64,000 nt of DNA, taken from Mobula hypostoma (Eukaryota). The stretch covers positions 7,442,001 through 7,506,000 of the forward strand of contig NC_086101.1 in the NCBI RefSeq assembly GCF_963921235.1. Reading direction: 5' to 3'. Shown piece after piece: positions 14,221 to 27,681 of this stretch; position 1 is the first letter of the stretch, and every line of letters starts with the position of its first letter. A program made the translations under genes and the position numbers. The notes beneath the pieces are model-generated. The model saw only the letters and a program-made list of their open reading frames with translations. It did no database searches and had not been told where the DNA came from.

Positions 14221-14523
14221 ACCCAAATATAGAGATTTTATTACAGTGCAGAGTTAACGATAAAAAGTGAATATAATATATAATTATTAAAGACATTCCC
14301 TGTGTGTAAGGTATAAGATCATAAAATATAGGAGCAGAATTAGGCACATCCACTCTGATCTGCCTTTTCATCAGGGCTGATCCAAGCCCCAATCTCCAGC
14401 CTTCTCCCCATATCCCTTCATTCCCTGACAAATCAAAAACCCATTAACCTCTACTTAAATATACATGAAGACTTGGCCTCTACAGCTGCCTGTGGCAATA
14501 ATTTCACAGATTCAGCACTCTCT

Positions 14524-15442
14524 CATGAGCAAGAATGATGAGTTAGCATACAGAGAGGAGGTGCAGCTGCTAACGGACTGGTGCAGAGCCAACAACCTGT
14601 CCATGAATGTGAACAAAACAAAAGAGATGGTTGTTGACTTCAGGAGGACACGGAGCGACCACTCTCCGCTGAACATCGACGACTCCTCCGTAGAGATTGT
14701 TAAGAGCACCAAATTTCTTGGTGTTCACCTGGCTGGGAATCTCACCTGGTCCCTCAACACCAGCTCCATAGCAAAGAAAGCCCAGCAGCGTCTCTACTTT
14801 CTGCGAAGGCTGAGGAAAGTCCATCTCCCCCGCCCCCCCATCCTCACCACATTCTACAGAGGTTGTATTGAGAGCATCCTGAGCAGCTGCATCACTGCCT
14901 GGTTCAGAAATTGCACCGTCTTGGATCGCAAGACCCTGCAGCGGATAGTGAGGTCAGCTGAGAAGATCATCGGGGTCTCTCTTCCCACCATTACAGACAT
15001 TTACACAACACGCTGCATCCATAAAGCAAACAGCATTATGAAGGATCCCACACACACCTCATACAAACTTTTCTCCCTCTACCATCTGGCAAAAGGCACA
15101 GAAGCATTCGGGCTCTCACGACGAGAGTATGTAACAGTTTCTTCCCCCAAGCTATCAGACTCCTCAATACCCAGAGCCTGGACTGACACCAAACTACTGC
15201 CCTCTACTGTGCCTATTGTCTTGTTTATTATTTATTGTAATGCCTACATTGTTTTGTGCACTTTATGCAGTCCTGGGTAGGTCTGTAGTCTAGTGTAGTT
15301 TTTGTGTTGTTTTACATAGTTAAGTGTAGTTTTTGTATTGTTTCATGTAGCACCACAGTCCTGAAAAATGTTGTCTCATTTTTACTGTGTACTGTACCAG
15401 CAGTTATGGTCAAATTGACAATAAAAAGTGACTTGACTTGAC
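14524..15442 (+). mobile_element. Rex1/Babar-type LINE 3' fragment nested in CR1
   Basis: [67 protein letters not shown] followed by a (GACTT)n tail. Confidence 0.88.
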
Positions 15443-17974
15443 TCTGGCTAAAGAAATTCCTTCTCATCTCCATTCTGAAAGGATATCCCTCTGTTCTGAG
15501 TCAGTGTCCTTTGGTCTTCGACTGTCATGATAGGAAACATTCTCTCCATATCCACTCTGTCAAGGCCTTCCGCCATTCCATGGGTTTTAATTAGGGTCAT
15601 CCCTTATTCTTCTGATTCTGGTGAATACAGGCCCAGAGCCATCAAACACTTCATGTGACAAGCTGTTCAATCCTGAAATCATTTTTGTGAGCCTCATTTG
15701 AATCTTCTCCAATTGCAGCACATCCTTTCTTAGGTAAGGGGCCCAAAACTGCACAGAATACTCCAAATGAAGCCTCCCCAGTGCTTTATAAAGTCTCAAC
15801 ATGATATAATTGCTTTTATATTCCAATCCTCTTGAAATTAGTGCTATCATTGCATTTGCTTTCCTCACCACAAACTCAATCTGCAAATTAACATTTGCAG
15901 AATCCTGCACAAAGCATCCCAAGTCCCTTAGCCCCTCAGTTTTTTTTTGGTATTTTCTCTTCATTTAGAAGATAGTCTGTGCTTTCATTTCTTCTAGCAA
16001 AGTGCATGATCATACACTTCTCAAAACTGTATTCCATCTGACACTTCTTTGCCCACTCTCCTAATCTGTCTACATCCTCCCATAGCCTCTCTACTTCCTC
16101 AAAACAACCTGCCCCTCCAACTATCTTCGTATCATCTGCAAACTTAGCAACAAAGCCATCGATTCTGTCATCTAAATCATTGACATATAATGTAAAAAGA
16201 AATGGTCCCAACACAGACCCCTGGGGAAACACCACTCGGCATCAACAGCCAACCAGAAAAATATCCCTTTATTCCCACACTTTGCCTCCTACCAATCAGC
16301 CACTACTTTATCTGTGCTAGAATCTTTCCTGTAATACCATGGGCCCATAACTTGTTAAGAAGTCTCATGTATGGCACCATGTCAATGGCTTTCTGAAAAT
16401 CCAAGTACAAAACCTCAACTAATTGTCCTTTGTCTATCCTGCTAGTTATTTCTTCAGAGACTTTCAACTGATTTATCCTGTGCCTCCAAGTACCCTGAAA
16501 CCACATCATCAATAATTGACTCCAACATCTTCCCATCCACTGAGGTATGACAAACTGGCCTATAATTTATTTCCTTCTGCCTCTCTTCCTTCTTGAAGTG
16601 TATAGTGACCTCTGCAATTATGCAGTCTTCCAGAACAGTTCCAGGTTTGAGTGATTCTTGAAGGATCATTACTAATGCCTCCACAATCTCATCAGCCACC
16701 TCATCATTCAGAAGCTTGAGGTGTACACCATCTGGTCCAGGTGACTTATCTATCTTCAGACCTTTCTGTTTCCCAAGAACCTTATCCCTTGTAATGGTAT
16801 ATTCATACATTTCATGACCTCTGACACCTAGAACTTCCACCATACCACTAGTGTCTTCCACAGTGAAGAATGATGCAAAATACTTATTCAGTTCATGCAC
16901 CATATCCTTGCCCCCTTACCTCTCCAGCACCATTTTCCAGCAATCTGCTGTCCACTCTTGCCTCTCTTTGTCTTCTTAATAACTTTTTAGTTGCTTTCTG
17001 TTGGTTTTTGAATGCTTCCCAATCCTCTGACTTCCCATTAACTTTAGCTCTATTATATGCCCCTTCTTTGGGTTTTACATTGGCTTTGACTTCTCTTGTT
17101 AGCCACAATTGTGTCATCTTTCCTTAGAATACCTTGTCCTCTTTGGGATGTGTATACCCTGTGCTTTCTGAATTGCTTCCAGAAATTCCAGCTAGTGCTC
17201 TGCTAGTGTTCTTTTCCAATCATTTAGGCCAACTCCTCCACTGATGCCTCTGTAACCCCCTTTATTCCACTGTAACACTGATACACCTGACTTTAGCTTT
17301 TCCTTCTCAAATTTTCGGGTGGATTCGATCATATTATGATCACTTGCCCCTGAGGTTTCTTTTACCTTAAGCTCTCTAATCAATTCCAGTTCGTTGCACA
17401 GCTCCCAATTTGGAAAACCTAGTGGGTTCAACCATGATCTGCTCTAAAAAGCCATCTCATAGGCTTTCTAGAAATTCCCCCTCTTAGGATCCAACACCAA
17501 CCTGATTTTCCAATCTACCTGCATATTGAAATTCCACAATGACTATTGCAACAATGCCCTTTTAGCATGAATTTTCAGTCTTCCATCGTAATCTGCAGAC
17601 CACATCCTTACTACTTTTTAGGGTCAGTATACAAGTCCCGTCATGTTCCTTTTCATCCTTGCAGCTCTACCCACAACGACTCAACACCTTCTGAACCTAT
17701 GTCACCTCTTTCTAATGAGTTAAATTCAATATTTTTACCAACAGAGTCATACCGCCCCCTCTGCCTTCCTGCCTGTCCTTTTGATACAAAACATTAACAT
17801 TAAGCTCCCAGCTTTCACCTTCTTTTAGCCATGATTCAGTGATGCCTACAACATCATGCCTGCCAATCTGTAACTCTGCTACACGTTCATCGATCTTGTT
17901 CCATATACTGTGTTCATTCAAATATAACACCTACAGTCCTGTATTCACCTTTTTTGATTTTGCCCACCTTTTTT

Positions 17975-18660
17975 TTTAGATTAGATTAGATTATGAGGAC
18001 ACGCAGTCCTCTTTTATTGTCATTTAATAATGCATGCATTAAGAAATGATACAATGTTCTTCCAGTATGATATCACAGAAACACAAGACAAACCAATACT
18101 GAAAAACTGACAAAAACCACATAATTATAACATATAGTTACAACAATGCAAAGCAATACCATAATTTGATAAAGAACAGACCATAGGCACGGTAAAAGAA
18201 AGTCTCAAAGTCTCTCGGAAGTCCCATCATCTCATGCAGATGGTAAAAGGAAGAAAAGCTCTCCCTGCCATGAGCTTCCAGCGCCGCAAACTTGCCGATG
18301 CAGCACCCTGGAAGCACTCGACCACAGCCGACTCTTGAATCCATCTGAAAACTTCGAGCCTCCAACCAGCCCTCCGACACCGAGCACCGAGCACCATCTC
18401 TGCCGAGCGCTTCGACCCCGGCCCCAGCAACAGGCAATAGGCAAAGCCGAGGATTTGGAGCCTCCCCCTCCGGAGATTCTCCATTGCACAGTAGCAGCGG
18501 CAGTGAAACAGGCATTTCAGAAGTTACTCCAGATGTTCCTCCATGCTTCTCGCGGTGTCTCCATCAAATCAGGACTGTGCACTGTACCTACTTACAAATA
18601 CGATATCAATTCAGAGCGGCCATGCCCGCTGCGTCGCGCCGCCATCTTCTCCTCCCCTCT
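17975..18660 (-). mobile_element. Non-coding, CpG-rich non-autonomous retroelement nested in CR1
   Basis: 5' end on minus reads GGAGAAGATGGCGGC; AATAAA and a (TCTAA)n tail at the other end; CR1 sequence is continuous across it. Confidence 0.6.
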
Positions 18661-19359
18661 TCATTCCAACTCATCCTGTTAACTACAATTTTGCCCTTTC
18701 AGCAGCCACTCTTTGCTAGGAGTCTCTCTTTTTATTGCCTTCATTTGTAATCCAACTACCTCATCCTCAACACATTCACTCTGGTTCCCATACCCTTGCC
18801 AAATTAGTTTAAACACCACTGGACAACTCTTGCCATCCTGCCTGCAAGGATATTGGGTCAGGTGTAAACCATCGCCTTTGTACAGATTGTAAATTCCTCA
18901 GAAGAGATTCCAATGATCCATAAATCTGAACCCCTGCTCCCTGCACCAGTTTCTCAGCCACACATTCTCCTGCCAAATCATCCTATTCTTATCCACATTG
19001 CACAGGCAGCAATCCACAGATTACTACTCTGGAGGTCCCGTTTTACAGCTTTCTACCTGGTCCCTAAAATCTCTCTCCAGGACCTCCTCACCCTGTCTAC
19101 CTATGTCATATGTGCCAACACTTCTGGCTGCTCGCCCTTGCCCTTGAGAATAGCATGGGCATGTATCTCGTGTATTTACATTTATTGTTTTTTAGTTTTG
19201 TGTTCTTTATCTTATTGTGTTCTTTTTTTGTAATTTATTTTTTATTGAATTTCATCATCAAACAAACTTTTCCATAAGATGTCTTTTTGTGCAGCTTCGA
19301 ATGTGGAATAACAATTACTTTTTTTCTTCTTTACACATGTGAACTGGAATTGTCATTTA

Positions 19360-19675
19360 AAATCTTGAATCTTGAATCTTGAAAATTAGATTTATTTGTC
19401 ACACATGTATCGGAAGATACAATAAAATGTGTTGTTTGCATCAATGACCAACACAGTGCAAGGATGTGGGGGCAGTGTGCTACTGTCAGCATACCAACTA
19501 CTACCCCAACACCTACCAATGGAATGTGGGAGGAAACTGGAGCACCCAGAGGAAACCCATGCAGTCAAGGGGAAAATGTACAAATGCTTTGCATACGGCA
19601 GCAAGAACCGAACCTCCTTTGCTGATCAGCAGTGCCATAAAACAATTGCGCCAACCACTATGCTACCATGCCACC
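19360..19675 (-). mobile_element. V-domain SINE (HE1-like)
   Basis: Reverse complement of the V core TGGGTTTCCTCTGGGTGCTCCAGTTTCCTCCCACA at about 19525-19560. Confidence 0.7.
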
Positions 19676-20084
19676 CACATATCCTTGGAACATCACCGGG
19701 TTGAGCCAACACTTGGCGCCATTTACACCAATGCAAAGTAATGACCTAACACATTTCTTAAGGAGTAAGACCTCTGCTCATGGACTCTGTCTACTGTCTG
19801 TGTAGCACAGTGGCACGAAGGCTTTCTTGATGTTTTACAGTGCCAGCAATAAGCGCTCAAAATAGGCTACATGAGGTAAAATTAAACCTAATTAAAGGTT
19901 ATGGGGAGAAGACAGGAGAGCATGGTTAATAGGGAAAATAATGCAGCCATAATGGGCCAAATGGCCTATTTCTGCTCTTAGGGTCTTATGGAAGCCAGGA
20001 TTGTCTAGATGACCAATGGTGTTCAGTGCTTTCTGAGAGAGGGAAATGAATGGGCTGATTTGTCTGGGAGAGTGTGTCTATAGG

Positions 20085-23000
20085 ATGATGTTGTGGCCAT
20101 CACTGAATCAGGGCTGAAGGATGCTTGTAGTTGGGAGCTGAATGTCCAAGGTTACACATTGTATCGGAGGGATAGGAAGGTAGACAGAGAGGGAGACATG
20201 GCTCTACTCGTAAAGAATGGCATCAAATCAGTAGAAAGATGTGACATAGGATTAGAAGATGTTGAATCCTTGTGGGTTGAGTTAAGAAACCTCAAGGGTA
20301 AAAAGACCCTGATGGCAATTATATACAGGCCTCCCAACAGTGGCTGGGAGGTGAACCACACATTGCAACAGGAAATAGAAAAGGCTTGTCAAAAGGGCAA
20401 TGTTATGGTCGTTATGGGGAATGTTAACATGCAGATCAATTGGGAAAATCAGGTTGGTAATGGATCTCAAGACAGTGAGTTTGTTGAATGCCTAAGAGAT
20501 GGCTTTTTAGGCAGTTTGTCATTGAGCCTACTAGGGGATCAGCTATACTGGACTGGGTGTTATGAAATGAACTGGAGGCGATTAGGGAGCTTAAGGTAAA
20601 AACCCTCAGGAACCAGTGATCACAAAGTGATTGAATTCAACTTGAAATTTGATAGAGAGAAAGTAAAATCTGATGTAATTGTTTTTCAGTGGAGTAAGGG
20701 AAATTACAGTGATATGAGAGAGGAGCTGGCCAGAGTAAATTGGAAGGATCTGTTGGCAGGGATGACAGCAGAGCAGAAAAATGAGGAAGGTGCAGGGCAT
20801 GTGTATTTCAAAAATAAAGAAATACTTAAATGGCAAAATGGTAGAACTACGGTTGACAAGGGAAGTCAAAGCTAATGTAAAAACAAAAGAGAGGGCATAC
20901 AACAAAACAAAAATTAGTGGGAAGTTAGAGGATTGGGAAGTTTTTAAAAATTACAGAGAACAACTAAAAGAACCATCAGAAAGTAAAAGATGAAATATGA
21001 AAGCAGGGTAGCAAATAACATCAAAGTAGACAGTAAAAGCTTTTTCAAATATGTAAAAAATTAAAGAGAGATGAGAGTGGACATAGGACCGCTAGAAAAT
21101 GAGGCAGGAGAAATAATTACAGGGAACAAGGAGATGGCAGATGAACTAAATGAGTATTTTGTATCAGTCTTCACTGTGGAAGACACTAGCAGTGTGCCAG
21201 ATGTTGTAGTGTGTGAAGGAAGAGAAGTGGGTGCAGTTACTATTACAAGAGAGAAGGTGCTCAAAAAGCTGAAAGACGTAAAAGTTCATAAGTCACCTGG
21301 ACAAGAGGAACTGCACCCTAGGGTTCTGAAAGAGGTAGTGTTAGAGATTGTGGCAGCATTAGCAATGATCTTTCAAAAATCATTGGAATCTGGCATGGTG
21401 CCAGAGGACTGGAAAATTGCAAATGTCACTCCACTCTTTAAGAAAGGAGGAAGGCAGCAGAAATGAAATTATAGACCAGTTAGCCTGACCTCAGTGGTTG
21501 GGAAGATGTTAAGAGTCAATTGTTAAGGTTGAAGTGATGGAGTGCTTGGTTGCACAGGACAAGATAGGACAAAGTCAGCATGGTTTCCTTTAGGGAAAAT
21601 TCTGCCTGACGAACCTGTTGGAATTCTTTGAGGAGATTACATGAGGGGGCTAACACGAGAGGACACAGTTTTAATGTGCGTGGAAGTAGATACAGAGGAG
21701 ATGTCGGGGTAAGTTTTTTTACGCAGAGAGTGGTGAGTGCGTGGAATGGGCTGCCGGTGATGGTGGTGGAGGCAGATACGATAAGGTCTTTTAAGAGGCT
21801 CCTGGATAGGTACATGGAGCTTAGAAAAATAGAGGGTTCTATTACTCTAGGTAATTTTTAAAGTAAGCACAGCATTGTGGGCCAAAGTGCCTGTATTGTG
21901 CTGTAGGTTTTCTATGTTTCCAGATTACAAGTAGGATGGATAAAGGGGATGCAGTGGATATTGTATATTTGGACTTTCAGAAGACCTTTGACAAGGTGCC
22001 ACACATGAAGCTGCTTACCAAGTTAGAGCCCATGGTATTGCAGGAATGGTTAGTGCATTGGCTAATTGAAAGAAGGCAGTGAGTGGGAATTAAAGGATCC
22101 TTGTCTGGTTGGCTTCCAGTGACTAGTAGTGTTCCATAGGGATTGGTGTTGGACCACTTCTCTTTATGCTGTATATAAATTATTAGATGATGAAATAGAA
22201 GGCTCTATTGCCAAGTTTGCAGATGATACGAAAATTGGTGGAGGGGCGGGTGGGGTTAAGGAAATAGGTAGGATGCTGAAGGACTTAGACAGATTAGGGG
22301 GATGGGCGAGAAAGTGGCAATTCAAATTTAATATTGGAAAATGCATGGTCGTGCATTTTGTTAGTAGAAATAAATGTGCGGACGATTTTCTAAATGGGAG
22401 AAAATCCAAAAATCTAAGATGCCAAGGGACTTGGGAGTCCTTGTGCAGATCACCCTAAGGGTTAACTTGCAGGCTGAGTTGGTGGTGAGGAAGGCAAATG
22501 CAATGTTAGCATTCATTTTAAGAGACCTAGAATACAAGAGCAGGGATGTGGTGCTAAGGCTTTATAAGGCACTGGTTAGGCCTCACCTTGAGTATTGTGA
22601 ACAGTTTTGGGCTTCTCATCTTAGAAAAAATGTGCTGGCATTGGAGAGGGTCCAGAGGAGGTTCACAAGGATGATTCCAGGAATGAAAGGGTTATCATAC
22701 AAGGAACGTTTAATGGCTCCAGGACAGTACTCGCTGGAATTTCAAAGGATGAGGGGGATCTCATTGAAACCCTTCGAACGTTGAAAGGCCTAGACAGAGT
22801 AGATGTGGAAAGGTGGGAGAGTCTAGGACAAGAGGGCACAGCCTCAGGATAGAGAGGTGTCCATTCAAAACAGAGATGCAGAGAAATTTTTTTAGCCAGA
22901 GGGTGGTGAATTTGTGGAATTTGTTGCCACATGCAGCTGTGGAGGCCAGGTTGTTAGGTGTATTTAAGACAGAGTTTGATCGTTTCTTAATTGGACACGG

Positions 23001-23133
23001 CATCAAAGGTTACGGGGAGAAGGCCGGGAACTGGGGTTGAGGTGGAGAAAAAACGGATCAGCCATGATTGAATGGTGGAGCAGACTCGATGGGCCAAATG
23101 GCCTAATTCTGCTCCTATGTCTTATGGTCTTAT
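20085..23133 (+). mobile_element. Decayed CR1 ORF2 through 3' tail
   Basis: AITES..., IYRPPN, KSPG..LHPRVLKE, FADDTK, RPHLEYC; TCTTATGG tail near 23120-23133. Confidence 0.92.
21642..21921 (+). mobile_element. Short CR1 3' end nested in CR1, with 8-bp TSD
   Basis: AGATTACA at 21634-21641 and 21922-21929; TRGHSF..FFTQRVVSAWN; TTTCTATG tail. Confidence 0.85.
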
Positions 23134-23717
23134 GGATGATGATGGCTGGAGGTTTGAGGGAAAATAAAACAACATGCTGGAAAAAAGAGGTATGGAACTG
23201 CCCCGTCTGGATGCAACATTATCCATTTGTAACATTAAATCCTTTACTCTGTCAAGAAGCTGCTTTCTGGTAAGTACAGTAACTGAAATGCTCCCTTTGT
23301 TGCCACACAGCTAGAATTTTCTTTTATATAATGTTAAAATAGTTTTGAAATTATGCTATATAAATTTGAAATCTGTTAATATAATTGTGAAATACTCTGT
23401 CACTAATTGTCTTAATGAATATAATCCATAAATTTTCAAAATAATAAATGTAGCATAACCTTTACTTTGAAACATTTTAGAGCTTCAATGTTTTGAATTT
23501 ACATTGTCAGTTTTCAAGTTACAACACTGTTACAAATTGTAACAATAGACACAGAATGGAAGTTAGTAGCTCATTATTAATAAATCACCAGCCTGCTGAA
23601 TGCCGATGCCATATTGTCAAAACATCTTTTTTTATATTGTACCTGTTAGTTCTTTTGATGACCTGACATCATTTAATTGTGTTGTGAGTTGTAGTTTGTG
23701 TATGTTTGATGTGCATA

Positions 23718-26700
23718 TTAGGCCAATTGGCCTATTCGAGTCTACTCCGCTATTTCTTCATGGTTGATCCATTTTTCCTCTCAGCCTGATCTCCTGCTGC
23801 CCCCCACTCCATATCAAACTCTGCCTTAAATATATATAAAGACTTGGCCTCAACAGCTGTCTATCGCAATAAATTCGATAGATTCACTACTCTCTGGCTA
23901 AGTTTCTCCTCATCTCTGTTCAAAAAGGACACCCCTCTATTCTGAGGGTGTGTCCTCTAGGCTTAGACACACCCACCATAAGATTGTTTGTGAATGATTG
24001 ATATAATGGAATTGATGGCTTTGTGGCAAAGTTCGCAGATGATACAAAGATAGATGGAGGGTAGGTAGTGCTGAGGAAGTAATGCAATTGCAGGAGGACT
24101 TAGACAATTTGGAAGATTGGACAAAAAAGTTCAGATGAAATACAGTGTTGAGAAATGTATGTTAATGCATTTTGGTAAAAGAAACAATAGTGTAGACTAT
24201 TATCTAAGTGGGGAGAAAATTCTAACATCACAGGTTCAAAGAGATTCAGGAGATCTTCTGCAAGACTCCCAGAAAGTTAATTCACAGCTTGAGTCTGTGG
24301 TAAAGAAGGCAAATGCAATGTTGGCATTTATTTCAAGGAGAATAGATTATTAAAACAAGAAGATAATGCTGAGACTTTATGATACTGGTCAGGTGGCACT
24401 TGGAGTACTGTCAACAGTTTTGGGCCCCTTATCTGAGAAAGAATGTATTGTCATTGGAGAGAGTCCAGAGGAGGTTCATGAGGATAAAGGGGTTAATATA
24501 TAAGGCCCATTTGGTGACTTTGGGCCTGTAATCAATGGAATTTAGGAGAATGCAGAGAGATCTCATTGAAACATACTGAATATCGAAAGGACTCGATAAG
24601 GTAGATGCGGAGAGAATGTTTCCTCTGGTGGGGGCATCCAGAACTTAAAGGGCACAGCCTCAAAATTGAGGGGTGACCTTTTAAAACGTAAGAATGGTAG
24701 AATGTTTTTAGCTGAAGAGTTGTGAATCTGTGGAATGCTCTGCCGCTGAGGTGGAGGCCATGTCCATGGGCATATTCAAAGTGGATATTGATAGATTCCT
24801 GACTGGTTGGAGCATCAAGCTGAGCAGGCAGCTGTGTGGGGTTGAAAGGGGTCATTGATCAGCCATGATGAAATGGCAGAGTGGATTCAATGGGCTGAAT
24901 GGCTTAAGTCTTCTCTTATGTCTTATGGTTTTATGGTCATAGGAAACATCCTCTCCACATCCCCTCTAAGAAGGCCTTCCACTGTTCAATAGGTTTCAAT
25001 GAGGTCATCCCTCATTTTCTGAATTCCAGTGAATACAGGCCCAGAGCCATCATATGGTCTTCATACGACAAGCTATTTTATCCTGGAATCATTTTTGTCA
25101 AACTGCCTTGAACTATCTCCGGTTTCTGCACATCCTCTCTCAGATAAGGGAACTAAAACTGCTCACAATACTCAAAGTGAGGCCTCACCAATGCTTTATA
25201 AAGTCTCAACATTTCATCCTTGCTTTTGTATCCCAGTCCTCTTCAAATGAATGCTAACAGTATATTTGGCCTTCCTCACCACAGACTCAACTTGTAAATT
25301 AACCTTTAGGGAATGCTGCACAAGGACTCCCAAATCCCTTTGCACCTCAGAGGTCTGTATTTTCTCTCCATATGGAAAATATCTACCCTTTCAATTCTTC
25401 AATGGAAGTGCATGATAATACACTTCCGGACTCTGTATTCCATCTGCCATTTCTTTGCCCATTCTCCAAAACTGTCTAAGTCCTTTTGTAGCCTCTCTAT
25501 TTCCTCAAAACTACCTATCTTCATATTATCTGTAAACTTTGCAACAAAACCATCAATTATATCATCTAAATCATTGACATATGATGTAAGAAGAATCAGT
25601 CCCAACACAGACCCTGTGAGACATCACTATTTACTGGCAGCCAACGAGAAAAGTCTCCCTGTATTCCCACTCTTTGCCTCTTGCCAACCAGCCACTAATT
25701 TATCCATGCTACCATCTTCCCTGTAATACCATGGGCTCGTAGCTTGTTAAGCAGCCTCACGTGTGGCACCTTGTCAAAGGCCTTCTGAAAATCCAAGTAC
25801 ACAACAGCAAACAAATCTTCTTTGTCTATCCTGCTTGTTATTTCTTCAAAAAATTTCAACAGGTTTGTCAGGCAAGATTTCCCCTTGAGTAAACCATGAC
25901 TACGGCTCATTTTATCATGTACCTCTAAGAATCCTGAGAGCTCCTCTTTAGTAATCAACTCCAACATTTTTCCAACCACTGACATCAGACTAACTGGTCT
26001 ATAGTTTCCTTTCTTTTGTTTCTCTCTTTCTTCTTGACAGTGGAGTGACATTTGCAATTTTCCAGTCTTCTGGAACCATTCCAGAATCTATTGACTCTTG
26101 AAAGGTCATTACTGATGCCTTCACAATCTCATCAGCCACCTCTTTCAGAATACTGGGGTGTACATCCTCTGGCCCAGGTGACTTATCTACCTTCAGCCCT
26201 TTCAGTTTCCCAAGAACCTCCTCCTGAGTAATGATAACTTCACACACCTCTTGACTCCTGACACCTGGAACTTCTACCATACTGCTGGTGTCTTCCACCA
26301 GTAAGGACTGACAGAAAATACTTATTTAGTTTGTCCGCCATTTCCTTGTTGCCCATTACAACCTCTCCAGCTTTGTTTTCCAGAGGTCCAATATTCACTG
26401 TCACCTCTCTTACACTTCATGGATCTGAAGAAACCTCTGGTATCCTCTTTTATATTACTGGCTAGCTTACTTCTATATTCTATCTTTACCTTCTTAATTA
26501 CTTTTTTAGTTGCCTTTTTTTGGTATTTAAAAGCTTCCCAATCCTCTATCTTCCCACTAATTTTTGCTCTATTATATGTCCTCCATCTGGCTTTTATGTT
26601 GGCTTTTACTTCCCTTGTTAGCCATGGTTGTATTATCTTGCCTTGCGAATACTTCGTCCTCTTTGGGATATATCCTGTGCTTTCTGAATTGCTTCTAGAA

Positions 26701-27570
26701 ATTCTGGCCATTGCTGCTCTGCTATCATCCCTGCCAGTGTTCTGGCCAGCTCCTCTCTCATTCCGCTGTAATTTGCTTTACTCCGTAATAGTGATGCATC
26801 TCACTTTAGATTCTCCTTCTCAAATTTCAGGGTGAAGTCAATCAAATTATGATCATTTTTGCCCTGAGGGTTATTTTATTTAAGCTCTCTAATCAGTTCT
26901 GGTTCATTGCACAACATCCTATCCAGAATAGCTGATCCCCTAGTGAGCTCATTCACCAGCTTCTGTAAAAAGCCATCTCATCAGCATTTTGAAGATCCAA
27001 CTCTTGGAACCTAGCATCAACCTGATTTCTCCAGTCTACCTGCATATTGAAATCTGCCGTGGCTATTGTAACATTGCCCTTTTGGCGTGCATTTTCGATC
27101 TCCTATTGTAATTTGTAGGCCACATCCTTATACAGTTTAAGGGTCTGTTTACAACTCTCGTCGGGATCATTTTAGGCTTGCAGTTCCTTAGCTCTATCCA
27201 CAAAGACTCAACACCTTCCGACCCTATGTTACCTCTTTGTACACCTCTTTCAATGATTTAATTTCAATTTTTACCAACAAATCCATGCCACCCCCTCTGC
27301 CTTCCCGCCTATCCTTTTGATACAATGTGTATCCTTGGACATTGAGCTCCCAGCTACAAAATTCTTTCAGTCATGATTCAGTGATGCCTCCAACATCATG
27401 CCTGCCAATCCATAACTGTGCTGCAAGTTCATCTATTTTATTCCATACACTGCACGCATTCAAACATAACACTTTTTGTCCTGTATTCAGCTCCTTCAGT
27501 TTTGCCCACATTTTACGTTGCAACTCATCCTGTTGACTGCAAGTTTGCCCTATCATCAGCTTCTCTTTGC
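23718..27570 (-). mobile_element. Decayed CR1 ORF2 (endonuclease through 3'UTR), split by an oppositely oriented CR1
   Basis: Minus ORFs 27371-27556, 26322-26711, 25999-26298, 25695-26057 and 25399-25608; 3'UTR at 23718-23980 continues at 24938. Confidence 0.88.
23981..24937 (+). mobile_element. CR1 3' part nested in the minus-strand CR1
   Basis: KFADDTK-encoding sequence near 24030; VVKKANAMLAFISR; TCTTATG tail; possible CATA TSD. Confidence 0.85.
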
Positions 27571-27681
27571 TCGGAATCTAAAAGTTTCCTGCTCAGAGCA
27601 ATGATTGGGTGTGCGGCTGTAAAAAATTGCAGAGGATGTTAGCTGTAGGGCTATCAAAACTACAGGAAACTCTGTAACTGT

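Larger units (their letters stand above)
14313..19150 (-). mobile_element. Old, heavily decayed long CR1 (ORF1 end, endonuclease, RT, 3'UTR) carrying two younger insertions
   Basis: Minus ORFs 17712-17930 (LYLN..SI.NK, GITESWL), 17192-17431 (SDHN), 16454-16903 (KSPGPDG), 15936-16235 (FADDTK) and 15587-15964; 3'UTR at 14313-14520. Confidence 0.88.

Noticed and set aside
23140..23280. Possible exon ending at CTG|GTAAGT (about 23270) as an upstream CYP exon
   Set aside because: No frame resembles a P450 exon and there is no convincing acceptor; a lone donor motif is not enough.
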